Shown one piece after another: positions 1 to 13,249 of a stretch of 64,000 nucleotides of DNA. The notes under the pieces were generated by a model. It had not been told where the DNA came from. It saw only the letters and a list, made by a program, of their open reading frames with translations, and did no database searches. Both the position numbers and the translations under genes were made by a program. The DNA comes from an uncultured Bacillota bacterium (GTDB taxonomy: Bacteria; Bacillota; DTU025; MWDF01), in assembly GCA_963823655.1 (NCBI GenBank), contig CAWGMK010000006.1, forward strand, positions 256,001-320,000, in the 5' to 3' direction. Positions within the stretch are counted from its first letter, which is position 1. Every line of letters starts with the position of its first letter.

Positions 1-2
1 CC

Positions 3-1757
3 GGCATAGTTGTCACCTCCAGGAAAGCAGGCATGATCGACAAAGTCGACGCTCAGCAGATAACTATGGCTTATGAGGATGGCGGCTACGAAACCTATCC
101 TCTCCTTAAGTTCAAGCGCTCGAACCAGGGCACTTGCATCAACCAGAAGCCCGTAGTCAACAAGGGCGACCTGGTGGCTGCAGGAGAAGTCCTCGCGGAC
201 GGGCCTGCGACCGACATGGGTGAGATGGCCCTTGGCAGAAACGTTCTAATCGCATTCCTGCCTTGGGAGGGCTATAACTACGAGGACGCCATACTCTTAA
301 GCGAGAAGCTCGTAAAAGACGACGTCTTCACATCCATACACATTGAGGAGTACGAGTGCGAAGCCAGGCAGACGAAGCTGGGCGACGAAGAGATAACCCG
401 CGACATACCCAACCAGGGCGAGGAAGCCCTAAAAGACCTCGACGACGAAGGCATCATCAGAGTAGGCGCCGAAGTCAGGGCGGGTGACATCCTCGTTGGT
501 AAGGTAACCCCTAAGGGCGAAACCGAGCTGACGCCGGAGGAGAAGCTGCTAAGAGCCATATTCGGCGAGAAGGCAAGAGAAGTCAGGGATACGTCCCTGA
601 AAGTGCCCCACGGCGAGTCCGGCAAAGTAGTCTCCGTAGACGTATTCACCAGGGAAAGAGGAGACGAACTGGGCCACGGCGTGATAAAGCTTGTCAGAGT
701 CTATGTGGCGCAGAAGAGGAAGATATCGGTGGGCGACAAAATGGCAGGTCGCCACGGCAACAAGGGCGTCATAGCAAGGATACTCCCCGAGGAGGATATG
801 CCCTTCCTGCCGGACGGCACGCCTATTGAAATCGTGCTCAACCCGCTGGGCGTACCTTCGCGCATGAACATCGGCCAGGTCCTTGAGACGCATCTGGGCA
901 GGGCTGTCATTCCAAATAAGCTGAAGTACCCCGAGCGCGAGAAGACGTATGTCGCAACGCCGGTATTTGACGGCGCACATGAAGATGAAATCATGCAGAT
1001 GCTGGAAGATGCCGGCTGGAACCGCAACGGCAAGACAGTCTTGTATGACGGAAGAACGGGAGATTCCTTCGCAAGCCCCGTTACCGTAGGATATGCATAC
1101 TTCCTGAAACTGCTCCATCTTGTAGATGACAAGATCCATGCAAGGGCTACGGGACCCTACTCCCTGGTCACCCAGCAGCCGCTGGGAGGCAAGGCTCAGT
1201 TCGGCGGCCAGAGATTCGGCGAGATGGAAGTTTGGGCACTGGAAGCGTACGGGGCGGCAAACACACTGCAGGAGCTGCTGACCGTCAAATCGGACGATAT
1301 AGTGGGCAGGGTTAACACATACGCTGCCATAGTCAAGGGGGAGAACGTTCCGGGACCGGGCATACCGGAAGCATTCAAGGTGCTAATCAAGGAACTTCAG
1401 TCGCTCAGCCTTGACGTCAGGATATTGACCAACGAGGACAGGGAAATCAGCATCAAGGACCTTGAAGAGGATGCAAGCGATTCGGCAAGGGACCTGGGCT
1501 TCGATCTGGGTGCAAGGCCCTATAGGATAGGCGGGGACCTGCATATCGAAGAGCGCAGGCCTGAGAGGGAACGCAGGCGTGAAGAGGATGATAAAGCAGA
1601 AGACCTTCTTCCGCTGGCAGACTTCAGGATAGGCAAGGAGGACGTAATCGCAATTGAAAGCGATTTGGAGTCCGAGGCGCCTGAAGGGGATCCAATGCCG
1701 AGCCTGGACGACCTCGACATCGTCGAAGAAAGCACAGATGTCAAAGAGGAAGAGTAG
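3..1757 (+). CDS. rpoB: RNA polymerase beta subunit, 5'-truncated by the window
   Basis: Motifs [19 protein letters not shown] and [18 protein letters not shown]; frame is open from the window start; acidic C-terminal tail. Confidence 0.99.
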   Translation, partial: GIVVTSRKAGMIDKVDAQQITMAYEDGGYETYPLLKFKRSNQGTCINQKPVVNKGDLVAAGEVLADGPATDMGEMALGRNVLIAFLPWEGYNYEDAILLSEKLVKDDVFTSIHIEEYECEARQTKLGDEEITRDIPNQGEEALKDLDDEGIIRVGAEVRAGDILVGKVTPKGETELTPEEKLLRAIFGEKAREVRDTSLKVPHGESGKVVSVDVFTRERGDELGHGVIKLVRVYVAQKRKISVGDKMAGRHGNKGVIARILPEEDMPFLPDGTPIEIVLNPLGVPSRMNIGQVLETHLGRAVIPNKLKYPEREKTYVATPVFDGAHEDEIMQMLEDAGWNRNGKTVLYDGRTGDSFASPVTVGYAYFLKLLHLVDDKIHARATGPYSLVTQQPLGGKAQFGGQRFGEMEVWALEAYGAANTLQELLTVKSDDIVGRVNTYAAIVKGENVPGPGIPEAFKVLIKELQSLSLDVRILTNEDREISIKDLEEDASDSARDLGFDLGARPYRIGGDLHIEERRPERERRREEDDKAEDLLPLADFRIGKEDVIAIESDLESEAPEGDPMPSLDDLDIVEESTDVKEEE

Positions 1758-1800
1758 GCTGTTCCTGTTGTCAGCATCCGAAAGATAGGGGGCGAAGCCG

Positions 1801-4800
1801 ATGTTGGACGTCAACGATTTCGATAAAATACAAATAGCCATGGCTTCTCCTGAGAAGATCAGAAGCTGGTCTTCCGGGGAAGTAAGGAAGCCTGAGACGA
1901 TAAACTACAGGACTTTGAAGCCGGAAAAGGACGGGCTCTTCTGCGAGAAGATCTTCGGGCCGACGAAGGACTGGGAATGCAACTGCGGCAAGTACAAGAA
2001 GGTACGCCACAAGGGCATCATATGCGACAAGTGCGGAGTCGAGGTCACGAAGGCCAAGGTCCGCCGCGAGAGGATGGGCCACATAGAGCTTGCGGCCCCG
2101 GTCTCTCATATATGGTACTTCAAGGGGATCTCCAGCCGCATGGGGCTGCTTCTGGACATGACGCCGAAGCACCTGGAGAAAGTCATATACTTCGCATCCT
2201 ACATAGTAGTCGACCCGGGAGACACGCCGCTTTCCAAGAAGCAGCTGCTCACCGAGTCGGAGTACCAGAACTATAACGATAAGTACCACAACCTGTTCAG
2301 GGCCGGCATGGGTGCCGAAGCCGTACAGGACCTTCTGAAGGAGATCGACATCCCCGCCCTGGGCGAAGAGCTCAGGGAGGAGATCAAGACATCGTCCGGG
2401 TCCAAGAGGGACAAGGCAAGAAGGCGCCTTGAGCTGGTAGAAGCGTTCAAGGAAGCCGGCAATAAGCCGGAGTGGATGATACTTGAGGTACTTCCGGTAA
2501 TACCGCCGGATCTAAGGCCTATGGTACAGCTTGATGGCGGCAGGTTCGCCACCAGCGACCTAAATGACCTGTACCGCAGGGTGATTAACCGCAACAACAG
2601 GCTGAAGAAACTGCTTGAACTGCAGGCTCCCGACATCATCGTAAGAAATGAGAAGAGGATGCTGCAGGAGGCGGTCGACGCCCTCATAGACAACGGCAGA
2701 CGCGGCAGGCCGGTAACCGGCCCCGGCAACAGGCCGTTGAAATCCCTGTCCGACCTTCTGAAGGGCAAGCAGGGACGCTTCCGTCAGAACCTTCTCGGCA
2801 AGCGCGTCGATTACTCGGGCAGGTCAGTCATCGTCGTAGGCCCCACCTTGAAGCTGCACCAGTGCGGCTTGCCCAAGGAGATGGCCCTTGAGCTTTTCAA
2901 GCCCTTCGTGATGAGAAGGCTCGTAGAGAAGAAATATACCGAGAATATGCGCAATGCCAATAAGATGGTACAGAGGCTGCGGCCTGAAGTATGGGACGTC
3001 CTTGAGGAAGTAATCCGCGAGCACCCTGTCCTTCTAAACCGCGCCCCGACCCTTCACAGGCTGGGCATACAGGCGTTCGAGCCAATTCTTGTGAACGGCA
3101 AGGCGATACAGATCCATCCTATGGTCTGCGCGGCCTACAACGCCGACTTCGACGGCGACCAGATGGCAGTCCACGTTCCGCTCTCACCTGAAGCCCAGGC
3201 GGAGGCCAGGCTTCTGATGCTCAGTGTGAACAATATTCTCTCGCCTGCTTCCGGCAACCCTATCACCGTCCCCAACCAGGACGTCGTAATAGGATGCTAC
3301 TACCTAACGGCTGAAAGGCCTGACTCCAAGGGCGAGGGCAGGCTGTTCAAGGATATCCCGGAGGCTTTGATGGCCTTCCAGTACAACGAGCTCTCCTTGC
3401 AAGCGAGGATATTCGTAAGGATGCCCGAGAACAAATGCATACTTGGAAGCGAGACGAAGTACGGCAGGCTGTTCATGAGCACCGTAGGAAAGCTGATATT
3501 CAACAGCATATTCCCGGATGAGTTCCCGTTCATAAACAGCTGCATCAGCACCTTTGACGACAGCCTTACGGGCGGCGGGCTCGTAACCCAGGAGGATCTA
3601 AGGGCAGTAGAGCGCCTCAACCTCGACGAGGCGGGCAAAACGCTTGTGGATATCGTGTCCAAAAGGGCAGTCAACGAGCGAAAGGCCGCAACCAAGGGCT
3701 TCCTTTCCAAGCTGGTCGCGAAGTACCGCAACACATACGGCAACACGATGACGGCCGAGATGCTCGACAACATCAAGGGCCTGGGCTATAAATACGCTAC
3801 CTACTCGGGAACGACGGTCGGAATCATGGACGCGGCCATCCCGCCTGAGAAGAAGCAGATACTAGAGAAGGCCGACCAGGAGATCGACAGGATAGAAAGG
3901 CAGTTCAAGAGAGGACTGCTGACCGAGATGGAAAAAGAGCAGAAGGAGCAGGACGTCTGGACCGACGCAAAGGAAAAAGTCCAGAAGGCCATGGAGGCGA
4001 ACCTCGACAGGTTCAATCCGATATACATGATGGCCACCTCCGGCGCCAGAGGCAACCTCGGGCAGCTGGGCCAGCTGGCCGGAATGAGAGGCCTCGTCGC
4101 TGACCCGTCAGGCCGTACCATCAACGTCCCGATCAGGTCAAACTTCAGGGAAGGCCTGAACGTGCTCGAATACTTCATCTCTACGCACGGCACAAGGAAA
4201 GGCCTTGCCGACACGGCTTTGAGAACGGCCAAGTCGGGCTATCTGACCAGAAGGCTCGTTGACGTTGCACAGGATGCAATAGTCCGTACCTTCGACTGCG
4301 GCGCCGACATGGGCATAGAAGTCACAGCGCTGTTCGACGGCGAGGGCAAGAATATCATCGAGCCCCTCAGGGACAGGATAATCGGACGCATGGGCTTCGA
4401 GAACGTCAGCTATTCCGACCCTGTGACGGGCGAAGAGAAGACAATAGAGATAAAGAACAGGGTTATCAATGAGGAGACGGCCCTTCTAATGGATGCCGTC
4501 GGCATCAAGAAGCTTAAGGTTCGCTCCGTGCTGCAGTGCAAGGCGAAGTACGGTGTGTGCGCATGCTGCTACGGCAGGAACCTCGCCCTCGGCAGGCCTG
4601 TTAGAAGGCCCGGGGACATCGAGGAGTTCAACTACACCCTGGACGGAGTGCCTGTACTGAAGGGCGAGATCGTGGACATCGGCGAGGCGGTAGGCATAAT
4701 CGCCGCCCAGTCGATCGGAGAGCCCGGCACCCAGCTTACGATGAGGACCTTCCATACCGGAGGCGTTGCCGGAGACGACATCACCTACGGCCTGCCTAGG

Positions 4801-5604
4801 GTCGAGCGCGACTTCGAGGCGAGGATCCCCAGCACCGATGCCCATAAGGCCGGCGTGGTAAGCATAAAGGACATCGGCGGCGTCACTAAGGTCATCATAA
4901 GGGCCACCAACGGCCAGGAGCACGACTACACAGTGCCTGCGGGCGCCAAGATGCTCGTAGTAGAAGGCCAGAAGATCGGAAAGAGCGACAGGCTGTACGA
5001 GCAGCCGCTGCACAGGAACGCGCAGGACGTGTTCCAGCAGGAGGGCATAGTCTCGGCTCTGCAGTTCATAGTCGGCGAAGTCCAGGAAGTGTACAGAAGG
5101 CAGGGCGTCGAGATCAACGACAAGCATATCGAGGTCATCGTCCGCCAGATGTCCAGGAAACTTAAGATCATGGACTCCGGCGATACCCACTTCAAGGAGA
5201 AGGCCGTCGTAGACCGCTTCGAGCTGGAGGCCATAAACAAGAAGCTGGTGGAAGAGGGCAAGAAGCCCGCACAGCCGTGGCTGCCCGGCATCAAGCTCGC
5301 CGCAGTCTCGATGGACAGCTTCCTTGCTGCAGCGTCATTCCAGGAGACGGCAACAGTGCTGACAGACGCCGCCATCAAGGGCAAGATAGACAGGCTCATA
5401 GGCCTGAAGGAGAACGTAATAATCGGAAAGCTGATACCGGCAGGGACCGGAATGAAAAAGTACAGGAACATAACGATGTACAATCCCGAAGATCTTATAG
5501 CCATGGTCGCGGCCCAAGCCGAAGCATCAGGGCTTACGGCAGAGGCGGACGGCGTTTTAGAGGCGCCTGTCGACGCGGCTTCTGCTACGGAAGGGTCGGT
5601 ATAA
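1801..5604 (+). CDS. rpoC: RNA polymerase beta' subunit
   Basis: Catalytic NADFDGD, N-terminal zinc finger, [13 protein letters not shown] trigger loop. Confidence 0.99.
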   Translation: MLDVNDFDKIQIAMASPEKIRSWSSGEVRKPETINYRTLKPEKDGLFCEKIFGPTKDWECNCGKYKKVRHKGIICDKCGVEVTKAKVRRERMGHIELAAPVSHIWYFKGISSRMGLLLDMTPKHLEKVIYFASYIVVDPGDTPLSKKQLLTESEYQNYNDKYHNLFRAGMGAEAVQDLLKEIDIPALGEELREEIKTSSGSKRDKARRRLELVEAFKEAGNKPEWMILEVLPVIPPDLRPMVQLDGGRFATSDLNDLYRRVINRNNRLKKLLELQAPDIIVRNEKRMLQEAVDALIDNGRRGRPVTGPGNRPLKSLSDLLKGKQGRFRQNLLGKRVDYSGRSVIVVGPTLKLHQCGLPKEMALELFKPFVMRRLVEKKYTENMRNANKMVQRLRPEVWDVLEEVIREHPVLLNRAPTLHRLGIQAFEPILVNGKAIQIHPMVCAAYNADFDGDQMAVHVPLSPEAQAEARLLMLSVNNILSPASGNPITVPNQDVVIGCYYLTAERPDSKGEGRLFKDIPEALMAFQYNELSLQARIFVRMPENKCILGSETKYGRLFMSTVGKLIFNSIFPDEFPFINSCISTFDDSLTGGGLVTQEDLRAVERLNLDEAGKTLVDIVSKRAVNERKAATKGFLSKLVAKYRNTYGNTMTAEMLDNIKGLGYKYATYSGTTVGIMDAAIPPEKKQILEKADQEIDRIERQFKRGLLTEMEKEQKEQDVWTDAKEKVQKAMEANLDRFNPIYMMATSGARGNLGQLGQLAGMRGLVADPSGRTINVPIRSNFREGLNVLEYFISTHGTRKGLADTALRTAKSGYLTRRLVDVAQDAIVRTFDCGADMGIEVTALFDGEGKNIIEPLRDRIIGRMGFENVSYSDPVTGEEKTIEIKNRVINEETALLMDAVGIKKLKVRSVLQCKAKYGVCACCYGRNLALGRPVRRPGDIEEFNYTLDGVPVLKGEIVDIGEAVGIIAAQSIGEPGTQLTMRTFHTGGVAGDDITYGLPRVERDFEARIPSTDAHKAGVVSIKDIGGVTKVIIRATNGQEHDYTVPAGAKMLVVEGQKIGKSDRLYEQPLHRNAQDVFQQEGIVSALQFIVGEVQEVYRRQGVEINDKHIEVIVRQMSRKLKIMDSGDTHFKEKAVVDRFELEAINKKLVEEGKKPAQPWLPGIKLAAVSMDSFLAAASFQETATVLTDAAIKGKIDRLIGLKENVIIGKLIPAGTGMKKYRNITMYNPEDLIAMVAAQAEASGLTAEADGVLEAPVDAASATEGSV

Positions 5605-5634
5605 GAAAATTGTGCACTCGTAGCTCGAATCTTA

Positions 5635-5663
5635 TTGACAGTATGGGTGCGCAATGTTAACAT
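5635..5663 (+). promoter_or_regulatory. SigA promoter of the str operon
   Basis: TTGACA, 17-nt spacer, TAACAT with an extended -10 TG. Confidence 0.75.
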
Positions 5664-5715
5664 TTTTAGGTGCCTGCCCATGTAATTTATTTTACTAGAA
5701 AGGGCGCGGTGCTCG

Positions 5716-5970
5716 TTGAAAGAGGAGCTCTCGGACCCTAAAGTCAGGGTCGTAGGAAGAAAGCAAGTATTGCGGGCCTTGTCCAGGGGCGAGGCCGTCG
5801 AAGTATTCCTTGCGAAAGACGGCAATTCATCCATAGTCAGAGAGCTGCGGGAAGCCGCGGCCAAGGCCGGAGTTCCTGTAAGGGATGTCGAAAGCAAGTC
5901 AGCTTTGGGAAGAACATGCGGCATTGAGGTTGGCGCCTCGGTCGCCGCGGTACTGAAGATAGAAGCTTAA
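5716..5970 (+). CDS. L7Ae-family RNA-binding protein (YbxF/RplGB-like)
   Basis: VVGRKQVLRAL...LGRTCGIEVGAS; conserved position before rpsL. Confidence 0.9.
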   Translation: MKEELSDPKVRVVGRKQVLRALSRGEAVEVFLAKDGNSSIVRELREAAAKAGVPVRDVESKSALGRTCGIEVGASVAAVLKIEA

Positions 5971-5997
5971 GATCGTACTGGAAAGGAGGTGCAGCGA

Positions 5998-6411
5998 ATG
6001 CCGACAATCAGCCAGCTGGTCAAGAATGGCAGGGAGAAGGTCGAGTACAAATCATCATCACCCGCCCTTCGTTTCCAGTATAACTCGCTAGAGCGCAGGA
6101 CAAACTACGGAGAAGGATCGCCGCAGAGGCGCGGCGTTTGCACTGTAGTCAGGACAGCGACACCCAAGAAGCCGAATTCGGCTTTGAGGAAGATCGCAAG
6201 GGTGAGGCTTAGCAACGGAATTGAGGTAACAGCCTATATTCCCGGCGAGGGCCACAATCTCCAGGAGCACTCTGTAGTGCTAATAAGGGGAGGTCGCGTA
6301 AAGGACCTGCCAGGCGTAAGGTATCACATCATACGCGGTACATTAGACAGCGCCGGAGTATCCAACAGGCGCCAGGGAAGATCCAAGTACGGAGCCAAGA
6401 GGCCTAAGTAA
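5998..6411 (+). CDS. rpsL: 30S ribosomal protein S12
   Basis: [10 protein letters not shown] and GGRVKDLPG; GGAGGT SD. Confidence 0.99.
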   Translation: MPTISQLVKNGREKVEYKSSSPALRFQYNSLERRTNYGEGSPQRRGVCTVVRTATPKKPNSALRKIARVRLSNGIEVTAYIPGEGHNLQEHSVVLIRGGRVKDLPGVRYHIIRGTLDSAGVSNRRQGRSKYGAKRPK

Positions 6412-6437
6412 CAGCTAGCCACGAGGGAGGTTTACCC

Positions 6438-6908
6438 ATGCCCAGGAAAGGCAATGTAACTAAGAGGGAGATCACTGCGGACCCGGTTTTCAACAGCGTC
6501 CTGGTCTCCGAGTTCATAAACAAGATCGTTATGAATGGCAAGAAGAGCATAGCCGAGGGAATATTCTACGGCGGCTGCGATATCATCAAGCAGAAGTCCG
6601 GAAGCGACCCGCTCGAAGTGCTCGACAAAGCCATGAAGAATGTCATGCCGCTTCTTGAGGTCAAACCCCGCAGAGTCGGCGGCGCGACCTATCAGGTCCC
6701 TATGGAAGTAAGGCCCGAGCGTCGCAAGGCATTGGCACTGAGATGGATCATAATCAATGCCAGAAAGCGCTCTGAGCGCACCATGGTTGAGCGTTTCGCA
6801 GGCGAGATCCTCGATGCGTCGAACAATGTGGGCGTTTCCATTAAGAAGCGCGAGGACATGCACAAGATGGCAGAGGCAAACAAAGCCTTCGCACATTACA
6901 GGTGGTAG
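6438..6908 (+). CDS. rpsG: 30S ribosomal protein S7
   Basis: [11 protein letters not shown] and [10 protein letters not shown]. Confidence 0.99.
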   Translation: MPRKGNVTKREITADPVFNSVLVSEFINKIVMNGKKSIAEGIFYGGCDIIKQKSGSDPLEVLDKAMKNVMPLLEVKPRRVGGATYQVPMEVRPERRKALALRWIIINARKRSERTMVERFAGEILDASNNVGVSIKKREDMHKMAEANKAFAHYRW

Positions 6909-6952
6909 CATCGTTTGATTTATAGTAATTGTACAGGAAAGGAGTGGTGGTC

Positions 6953-9022
6953 ATGGCTGATTTAGGCAGGATACGCAACATAGGCATAATGGCACATATT
7001 GACGCAGGCAAGACCACTACTACCGAGCGTATTCTATTCTATACCGGCAGGCTTCACAGGATGGGCGAAGTCCACTCCGGCACGGCTACGATGGACTGGA
7101 TGATACAGGAGCAGGAGAGGGGAATAACCATCACCTCCGCTGCTACTACATGTATATGGAACGATCACCAGATTAACATCATAGACACGCCCGGGCATGT
7201 TGACTTCACCGTAGAGGTCGAAAGGTCTCTGAGGGTGCTGGATGGAGCAGTGGCAGTCTTCTGTGCGGTCGATGGGGTGCAGCCCCAGTCGGAAACGGTA
7301 TGGAGACAGGCAGACAGATACAACGTACCAAGGCTGGCCTTCGTGAATAAGATGGACCGCATGGGCGCAGATTTCAATGCGGCAGTCAAGAGCATGAAGG
7401 ACAAGCTCGGCGCAAACCCCGTCCCGGTGCAGATGCCAATAGGCTCCGAGGAGAATTTCAAGGGGATAATCGACCTTATACACATGAACGCCAGGCTGTA
7501 CAACGATGACCTTGGAGTAAGCGTGGAGGATGTCGAAATTCCCGAGGAGCTCAGGGCCGAAGCTGAAGTGCAAAGGGAGTACATGGTCGAGCAGATCTCC
7601 GGTTGCGACGACGAGCTCACAGAGTGCTACTTCGAAGGGCGCGAGATTACGCCCGAGATGCTTATCGCAGGAATAAGGCGCGCTACGCTTTCAGCGAAGC
7701 TTACGCCCGTCATCTGCGGCTCGGCTTTCAAGAACAAGGGCGTACAGCCACTTCTTGATGCAATAGTCGATTTCCTTCCCAGCCCGATAGACATGCCGCC
7801 AGTAGAGGGCATTGATCCCAGGGACGATGAGAAGGTCCAAAGGAAGGCCTCCGAGGACGAGGAATTCTGCGCATTGGTATTCAAAATCGCAACTGACCCC
7901 TTCGTCGGAAAGCTCACCTACATAAGGGTGTATTCCGGCAAGGCGGAAGCCGGCAAAGTATATTACAACGCCTCCAAGGGAAAGCGCGAGAGGATATCAA
8001 GGATCTTGCGCATGCATGCAAACCACAGGGAGGACCTCGACAGCATAAGCGCCGGCGAAATAGTCGGCATAGTAGGCCCCAAGGAAGTCACTACGGGGGA
8101 TACGCTTTGCGACGAGAGGCATGCCCTGATATTGGAGCGCATGGTGTTCCCGGAACCGGTAATATCCCTGACTGTGGAGCCCAAGACCAAGACCGATGAG
8201 GATAAGCTTACCATGGCCCTCATGAAGCTGGCCGAGGAAGATCCTACTTTCAGGATGAGCACCGACCAGGACACCGGCCAGACGATCATCGCAGGCATGG
8301 GGGAGCTCCATCTGGAGATCATCGTTGACAGGCTTCTCAGGGAGTTCAAAGTCGGCGCCAATATAGGCAAACCTCAGGTTGCCTACAGGGAGACGATATC
8401 CAAGTCCGTAGAGAACGAGACGCGCTTCATAAGGCAGACCGGCGGAAGAGGCCAGTACGGCCACGTGGTCTTCGAAGTGGAGTCCGCCCCCGCGGGATCG
8501 GGCATCATCTTCGAGAACGCGACTGTGGGCGGCTCAATCCCGAGAGAATACATACCGGCAATAGAAGCCGGCGCGAGGGAAGCTTCAGGCGCGGGTCCTG
8601 TGGCAGGGTATCCGGTAGTAGACGTGAAGGTGAAGCTGACGGACGGGTCCTATCACGTAGTGGACTCATCAGAGCTTGCCTTCAAAATCGCAGCCTCCAT
8701 ATGCTTCAAGGAAGCTGTTGCGAAGGCGGCACCGATACTGCTGGAGCCTATCATGAAGGTCGAGATCACGACCCCTACAATGTATGTGGGCGATGTGATG
8801 TCCGATATTAGCGCTAGGCGCGGCAAAGTCACCGGCATGGAAAACCATGCGGCTGCCGAGATTGTGAAAGCTCAGGTGCCGATGGGGGATATGTTCGGTT
8901 ACGCTACAACGGTCCGCTCCCTTACACAGGGAAGGGCGACCTACACGATGCAGTTCTTAAGATACGAGCAGGTCCCGAACTACGTCTCAGAGGAGATAAT
9001 CAAGAACTACAAGGGCATATAG
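6953..9022 (+). CDS. fusA: Elongation factor G
   Basis: [21 protein letters not shown]. Confidence 0.99.
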   Translation: MADLGRIRNIGIMAHIDAGKTTTTERILFYTGRLHRMGEVHSGTATMDWMIQEQERGITITSAATTCIWNDHQINIIDTPGHVDFTVEVERSLRVLDGAVAVFCAVDGVQPQSETVWRQADRYNVPRLAFVNKMDRMGADFNAAVKSMKDKLGANPVPVQMPIGSEENFKGIIDLIHMNARLYNDDLGVSVEDVEIPEELRAEAEVQREYMVEQISGCDDELTECYFEGREITPEMLIAGIRRATLSAKLTPVICGSAFKNKGVQPLLDAIVDFLPSPIDMPPVEGIDPRDDEKVQRKASEDEEFCALVFKIATDPFVGKLTYIRVYSGKAEAGKVYYNASKGKRERISRILRMHANHREDLDSISAGEIVGIVGPKEVTTGDTLCDERHALILERMVFPEPVISLTVEPKTKTDEDKLTMALMKLAEEDPTFRMSTDQDTGQTIIAGMGELHLEIIVDRLLREFKVGANIGKPQVAYRETISKSVENETRFIRQTGGRGQYGHVVFEVESAPAGSGIIFENATVGGSIPREYIPAIEAGAREASGAGPVAGYPVVDVKVKLTDGSYHVVDSSELAFKIAASICFKEAVAKAAPILLEPIMKVEITTPTMYVGDVMSDISARRGKVTGMENHAAAEIVKAQVPMGDMFGYATTVRSLTQGRATYTMQFLRYEQVPNYVSEEIIKNYKGI

Positions 9023-9066
9023 TCAGGACAAGAGCACTTTAAATATCCTTTAAGGAGGAAAGAGAA

Positions 9067-10269
9067 ATGGCAAAGCAGAAGTTCGAGCGCAACAAGCCGC
9101 ACGTAAACATCGGCACCATCGGTCATATCGACCATGGCAAGACCACACTTACAGCGGCAATTACCACAGTACTAGCCAAGTCAGGCCTTGCTACTGTCAA
9201 GAGGTTCGATGAGATCGACAACGCTCCCGAGGAAAAGGCCCGTGGAATCACCATCAACACCGCACACGTGGAGTATGCAACCGAGAAGAGGCATTACGCC
9301 CACGTCGACTGCCCCGGTCATGCCGACTATGTAAAGAACATGATCACCGGAGCCGCCCAGATGGACGGAGCCATCCTGGTAGTGTCGGCCGCAGACGGCC
9401 CGATGCCCCAGACCCGTGAGCACATCCTTCTCGCCCGCCAGGTCGGCGTGCCCAAGATAGTAGTAGCGCTCAACAAGTGCGACGCAGTTGACGATCCGGA
9501 GCTCCTCGAGCTGGTCGAGATGGAAGTAAGGGACCTCCTGAGCTTCTACGAGTTCCCCGGAGATGAGATCCCCGTAGTGCCCGTCAGCGCCCTTAAGGCC
9601 GGCGAGTGCGGTTGCGGCCAGCGCAGCTGCGAGTGGTGCGGCAAGGTATGGAACCTCATGGACGCAGTCGACACATACATCCCGACTCCTGATCGCGCAG
9701 TTGACAAGCCGTTCCTGATGCCTATCGAGGACGTCTTCACAATTACCGGGCGCGGCACGGTCGTTACCGGTCGTATCGAGCGCGGTAAGGTCAAGGTCGG
9801 CGAGGAAGTCGCAATAGTAGGGCTCATGCCCGAAATCAAGAAGAGCGTAGTAACCGGAGTCGAGATGTTCAGGAAATTGCTGGACGAAGGCTTCGCGGGC
9901 GATAACGTCGGTTGCCTGCTTCGCGGCATCGACAAGGACGAGGTCGAGCGCGGCCAGGTCCTCGCAAAGCCCGGCACGATCACTCCGCACACCAAGTTCC
10001 GCGGTCAGGTCTACGTCCTCACCCAGAACGAAGGCGGACGCCATACTCCGTTCTTTAACAACTACAGGCCTCAGTTCTTCATCAGGACAACCGACGTCAC
10101 CGGAAGCATTTCCCTTGATGCCGGCACCGAGATGGTAATGCCCGGCGACCACGCCAACCTGACAATTCAGCTTATCACCCCCATCGCAATCGAAGTGGGA
10201 ATGAGCTTCGCAATCCGTGAGGGCGGCCGTACGGTCGGAGCAGGGACTGTAACCTCGATAGAGCAGTAG
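9067..10269 (+). CDS. tuf: Elongation factor Tu
   Basis: [27 protein letters not shown]. Confidence 0.99.
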   Translation: MAKQKFERNKPHVNIGTIGHIDHGKTTLTAAITTVLAKSGLATVKRFDEIDNAPEEKARGITINTAHVEYATEKRHYAHVDCPGHADYVKNMITGAAQMDGAILVVSAADGPMPQTREHILLARQVGVPKIVVALNKCDAVDDPELLELVEMEVRDLLSFYEFPGDEIPVVPVSALKAGECGCGQRSCEWCGKVWNLMDAVDTYIPTPDRAVDKPFLMPIEDVFTITGRGTVVTGRIERGKVKVGEEVAIVGLMPEIKKSVVTGVEMFRKLLDEGFAGDNVGCLLRGIDKDEVERGQVLAKPGTITPHTKFRGQVYVLTQNEGGRHTPFFNNYRPQFFIRTTDVTGSISLDAGTEMVMPGDHANLTIQLITPIAIEVGMSFAIREGGRTVGAGTVTSIEQ

Positions 10270-10280
10270 GCGGCTGTTTG

Positions 10281-10410
10281 CCTTGAGGGGCGCCGCAAAC
10301 GACGTCCCTCAAGGAATCAAGTAGGCGATGAAGCTGGATGTTGCCGGCGGGACCCGAACGACCGGGAGAACTCCAGCCGAGTAAGTCCGCGAAAGATCGG
10401 GCGATGGAGG
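10281..10410 (+). promoter_or_regulatory. Structured tuf-rpsJ intergenic leader (candidate S10 r-leader)
   Basis: GCAA-looped hairpin at 10281-10314 and a GCTGGA...TCCAGC stem upstream of the rpsJ SD. Confidence 0.45.
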
Positions 10411-10420
10411 GTAAAAACTA

Positions 10421-10729
10421 ATGTCGAAGAGCAAAGTAAGAATAAAGCTCAGAGCATTCGACCACAAGCTTCTGGACCAGTCGTCACAGAAGATAGTGGA
10501 GACGGCCAAGGCTATGGGCGCTCTGGTATCGGGGCCGATACCGCTTCCGACGGAGAAGAATATCTACACGGTGCTCCGCTCCGTATTCGTGGAGAAGGAC
10601 TGCCGCGAGCAGTTTGAAATGAGAACGCACAAGAGGCTTATCGATATAATCGAGCCTAACCAGAAGGTCATGGACGCTCTCATGAAACTGGATCTGCCCT
10701 CAGGGGTGGATATAGAGATAAAGCTCTAA
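10421..10729 (+). CDS. rpsJ: 30S ribosomal protein S10
   Basis: SGPIPLPT and [12 protein letters not shown]. Confidence 0.99.
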   Translation: MSKSKVRIKLRAFDHKLLDQSSQKIVETAKAMGALVSGPIPLPTEKNIYTVLRSVFVEKDCREQFEMRTHKRLIDIIEPNQKVMDALMKLDLPSGVDIEIKL

Positions 10730-10785
10730 CGTGAGTCCAATGGCCATAAGCTAAGAAACACGTTTACGAGCAGGAGGTGTAATGG

Positions 10786-11421
10786 ATGGCTAGAGCCATT
10801 CTCGGAAAGAAGCTGGGCATGACCCAGATTTTCGCAGCAGACGGAAAAGTGACACCGGTCACTGTCATCGAAGCCGGTCCTTGCGTGGTCATACAGAGGA
10901 AGAGCACCCCGCATGACGGCTATGAGGCAATCCAGGTAGGTTTTGGACAGAAGCGCGAGAGGCTGTTCTCGAAGGCTGAGAAGGGCCACTTCGCAAAGGC
11001 CAACATCAAGCCGATGCGCTACTTGAGGGAGTTTCGTGTGGAATCCTCTGAGCAGTTCGCAATAGGGCAGGAGATCAAAGCCGACTTGTTCGCAGTGGGC
11101 GACAAGATCGATGTGACAGGCAAATCGCGCGGCAAGGGCTTCGCAGGCGTTATCAAGCGCCACGGTTTTGCAAGGGGCGGAATGAGCCACGGCTCTACCT
11201 ATAAGCGCAGAGTAGGTTCGTTGGGCGCCACCGACCCGGCCAGGGTCTTCAAGGGCAGGAAATTGCCCGGTAGGATGGGCGGGGACAAGATAACGATACA
11301 GGGCTTGACAGTAGCCGGCGTGGATCTGGACAGGAATTTGATCCTGATCCGCGGAGCAGTTCCCGGAACTCGTGGCGGCCTCGTGGTTGTCAGGGACTCT
11401 GTGAAGGCTTCCAAGAAGTAG
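10786..11421 (+). CDS. rplC: 50S ribosomal protein L3
   Basis: [10 protein letters not shown] and [13 protein letters not shown]. Confidence 0.99.
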   Translation: MARAILGKKLGMTQIFAADGKVTPVTVIEAGPCVVIQRKSTPHDGYEAIQVGFGQKRERLFSKAEKGHFAKANIKPMRYLREFRVESSEQFAIGQEIKADLFAVGDKIDVTGKSRGKGFAGVIKRHGFARGGMSHGSTYKRRVGSLGATDPARVFKGRKLPGRMGGDKITIQGLTVAGVDLDRNLILIRGAVPGTRGGLVVVRDSVKASKK

Positions 11422-11449
11422 CCACGAAGAGGGAAAGGAGGCAAAGTAA

Positions 11450-12070
11450 ATGCCAAAGGCACCTTTTTTCAATATGAAAGGCGAGAGCCTGGGCACTGTG
11501 GACCTACCCGAAGAGATCTTCGGTATAGAGCCCAATGCCGATGTTCTCCACGAAGCTGTCGTAATGCAGCTGGCGAGCAGAAGGCTGGGTACTGCGAAAG
11601 TGAAGACCCGCTCTGAGGTATCAGGCGGCGGCAGGAAGCCTTACCGTCAGAAGGGGACCGGCCGCGCAAGGCAGGGCTCCATCAGGTCAGCGCAATGGGC
11701 AGGAGGCGGCAAGATATTCGGCCCGATACCCAGAAGCTACAGCTATAGGATAAACAGGAAGGTAAGAAGGCTCGCTCTGCTGTCGGCCCTCTCATCAAGG
11801 GCGCTTGAAGCCACCCTCGTAGTGGTCGATGCCCTGACGATAGAGAAGCCGAGCACTAAGGCGATGATTTCGGTGCTGAGCAACCTCAAGCTGGGCAAGA
11901 CGCTTGTGGTAACCAGCGAGGCCGACAACAACGTGATGCTTTCCACCAGGAACATTCCGGATGCCATGTACCTAACGGTCGAGGGCCTGAACGTATATGA
12001 CATCCTCAACCACAACAACCTTCTGTTCACCGCCTCGGCGGTCGAGAAGGCCAAGGAGGTGCTTGCCTGA
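11450..12070 (+). CDS. rplD: 50S ribosomal protein L4
   Basis: [15 protein letters not shown]. Confidence 0.99.
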   Translation: MPKAPFFNMKGESLGTVDLPEEIFGIEPNADVLHEAVVMQLASRRLGTAKVKTRSEVSGGGRKPYRQKGTGRARQGSIRSAQWAGGGKIFGPIPRSYSYRINRKVRRLALLSALSSRALEATLVVVDALTIEKPSTKAMISVLSNLKLGKTLVVTSEADNNVMLSTRNIPDAMYLTVEGLNVYDILNHNNLLFTASAVEKAKEVLA

Positions 12071-12360
12071 TGGAGCTCTTAGCACACGATATCCTAGTCA
12101 GGCCGATAATCACCGAGAAGACCACCCTTCTTGCTGAGCAGAACAAGTACGTCTTCGAAGTGGCGAAAGCCGCGACCAAGATAGACATTGCCAAGGCCGT
12201 CGCAGAAGTGTTCAAGGTGAAAGTAGTCGCCGTAAACACAGTATCGATGCCGGGCAAGCTCAAGAGAATGGGCAAAGGACAGGGTTACACATCAGACTGG
12301 AAGAAGGCTATAGTCACTTTGAAGGCTGGGGAGCGTATCCCGATCTTCGAGGGAGCATAA
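12070..12360 (+). CDS. rplW: 50S ribosomal protein L23
   Basis: PIITEKT and WKKAIVTL. Confidence 0.99.
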   Translation: MELLAHDILVRPIITEKTTLLAEQNKYVFEVAKAATKIDIAKAVAEVFKVKVVAVNTVSMPGKLKRMGKGQGYTSDWKKAIVTLKAGERIPIFEGA

Positions 12361-12387
12361 GCCGAGAGCGCAAGGAGGAAATAACCA

Positions 12388-13218
12388 ATGGGTATCAAGC
12401 AGTACAAGCCCACATCTCCTGGGCGTCGGCAGATGTCGGTCTCTACTTTCGAGGAGATAACCGCCTCGAAGCCGGAGAAGTCGCTTACCGTATCGCTCAG
12501 GAAGACAGGCGGCCGCAACAATAATGGCCGCATTACCTCCCGCTTCCGCGGAGGCGGAGCGAAGAGGAGCTACAGGATCATCGACTTCAAGCGCGACAAG
12601 TTCGGCGTACCCGGCAAAGTCGCAACAGTCGAGTACGATCCCAACAGGTCCTCAAGGATATGCCTTATCAATTACCTCGACGGCGAGAAAAGGTACATCC
12701 TTCAGCCTGTAGGCCTGAAAGTCGGCGACATGATAGTCGCAGGGCCCGAAGCAGACATCAAGCCAGGAAACGCGCTTCCTATGACGAACATCCCGGTCGG
12801 CACAATGGTGCACTGCGTTGAGATGGTGCCCGGCAAGGGAGCTCAGATGGTTCGCACAGCAGGAGCATCGGCGCAGCTGATGGCAAAAGAAGGCGCCATG
12901 GCGACGTTGAGGCTTCCCTCCGGCGAGATGAGAATGGTCAGGGTAGGCTGCATGGCGACAATAGGCCAGGTTGGCAACATCGACCATGAGAACATCAGCT
13001 TCGGCAAGGCCGGACGCAAGCGTTACCTGGGCCGCAGGCCGCATAACCGCGGCGTGGTCATGAACCCAGTAGACCATCCGCACGGCGGCGGCGAAGGCAA
13101 ATCGCCGATAGGACACCCGGGTCCGTTGACCCCTTGGGGCAAACCGACCCTCGGCTACAAGACCCGCAAGGCCAAGGCCTCTGACAAACTCATAGTCAGA
13201 AGGCGCAACGGCAAATAA
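12388..13218 (+). CDS. rplB: 50S ribosomal protein L2
   Basis: [13 protein letters not shown]. Confidence 0.99.
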   Translation: MGIKQYKPTSPGRRQMSVSTFEEITASKPEKSLTVSLRKTGGRNNNGRITSRFRGGGAKRSYRIIDFKRDKFGVPGKVATVEYDPNRSSRICLINYLDGEKRYILQPVGLKVGDMIVAGPEADIKPGNALPMTNIPVGTMVHCVEMVPGKGAQMVRTAGASAQLMAKEGAMATLRLPSGEMRMVRVGCMATIGQVGNIDHENISFGKAGRKRYLGRRPHNRGVVMNPVDHPHGGGEGKSPIGHPGPLTPWGKPTLGYKTRKAKASDKLIVRRRNGK

Positions 13219-13249
13219 CCTGATATGAGTTAAGAGAGGAGGCGGACAA

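Noticed and set aside
9181-10152. Long antisense ORFs opposite tuf, rpoC, secY and the peptidases (e.g. 323, 332, 415 and 343 aa)
   Set aside because: Shadow frames caused by codon bias in highly expressed GC-rich genes; no motifs or SD support
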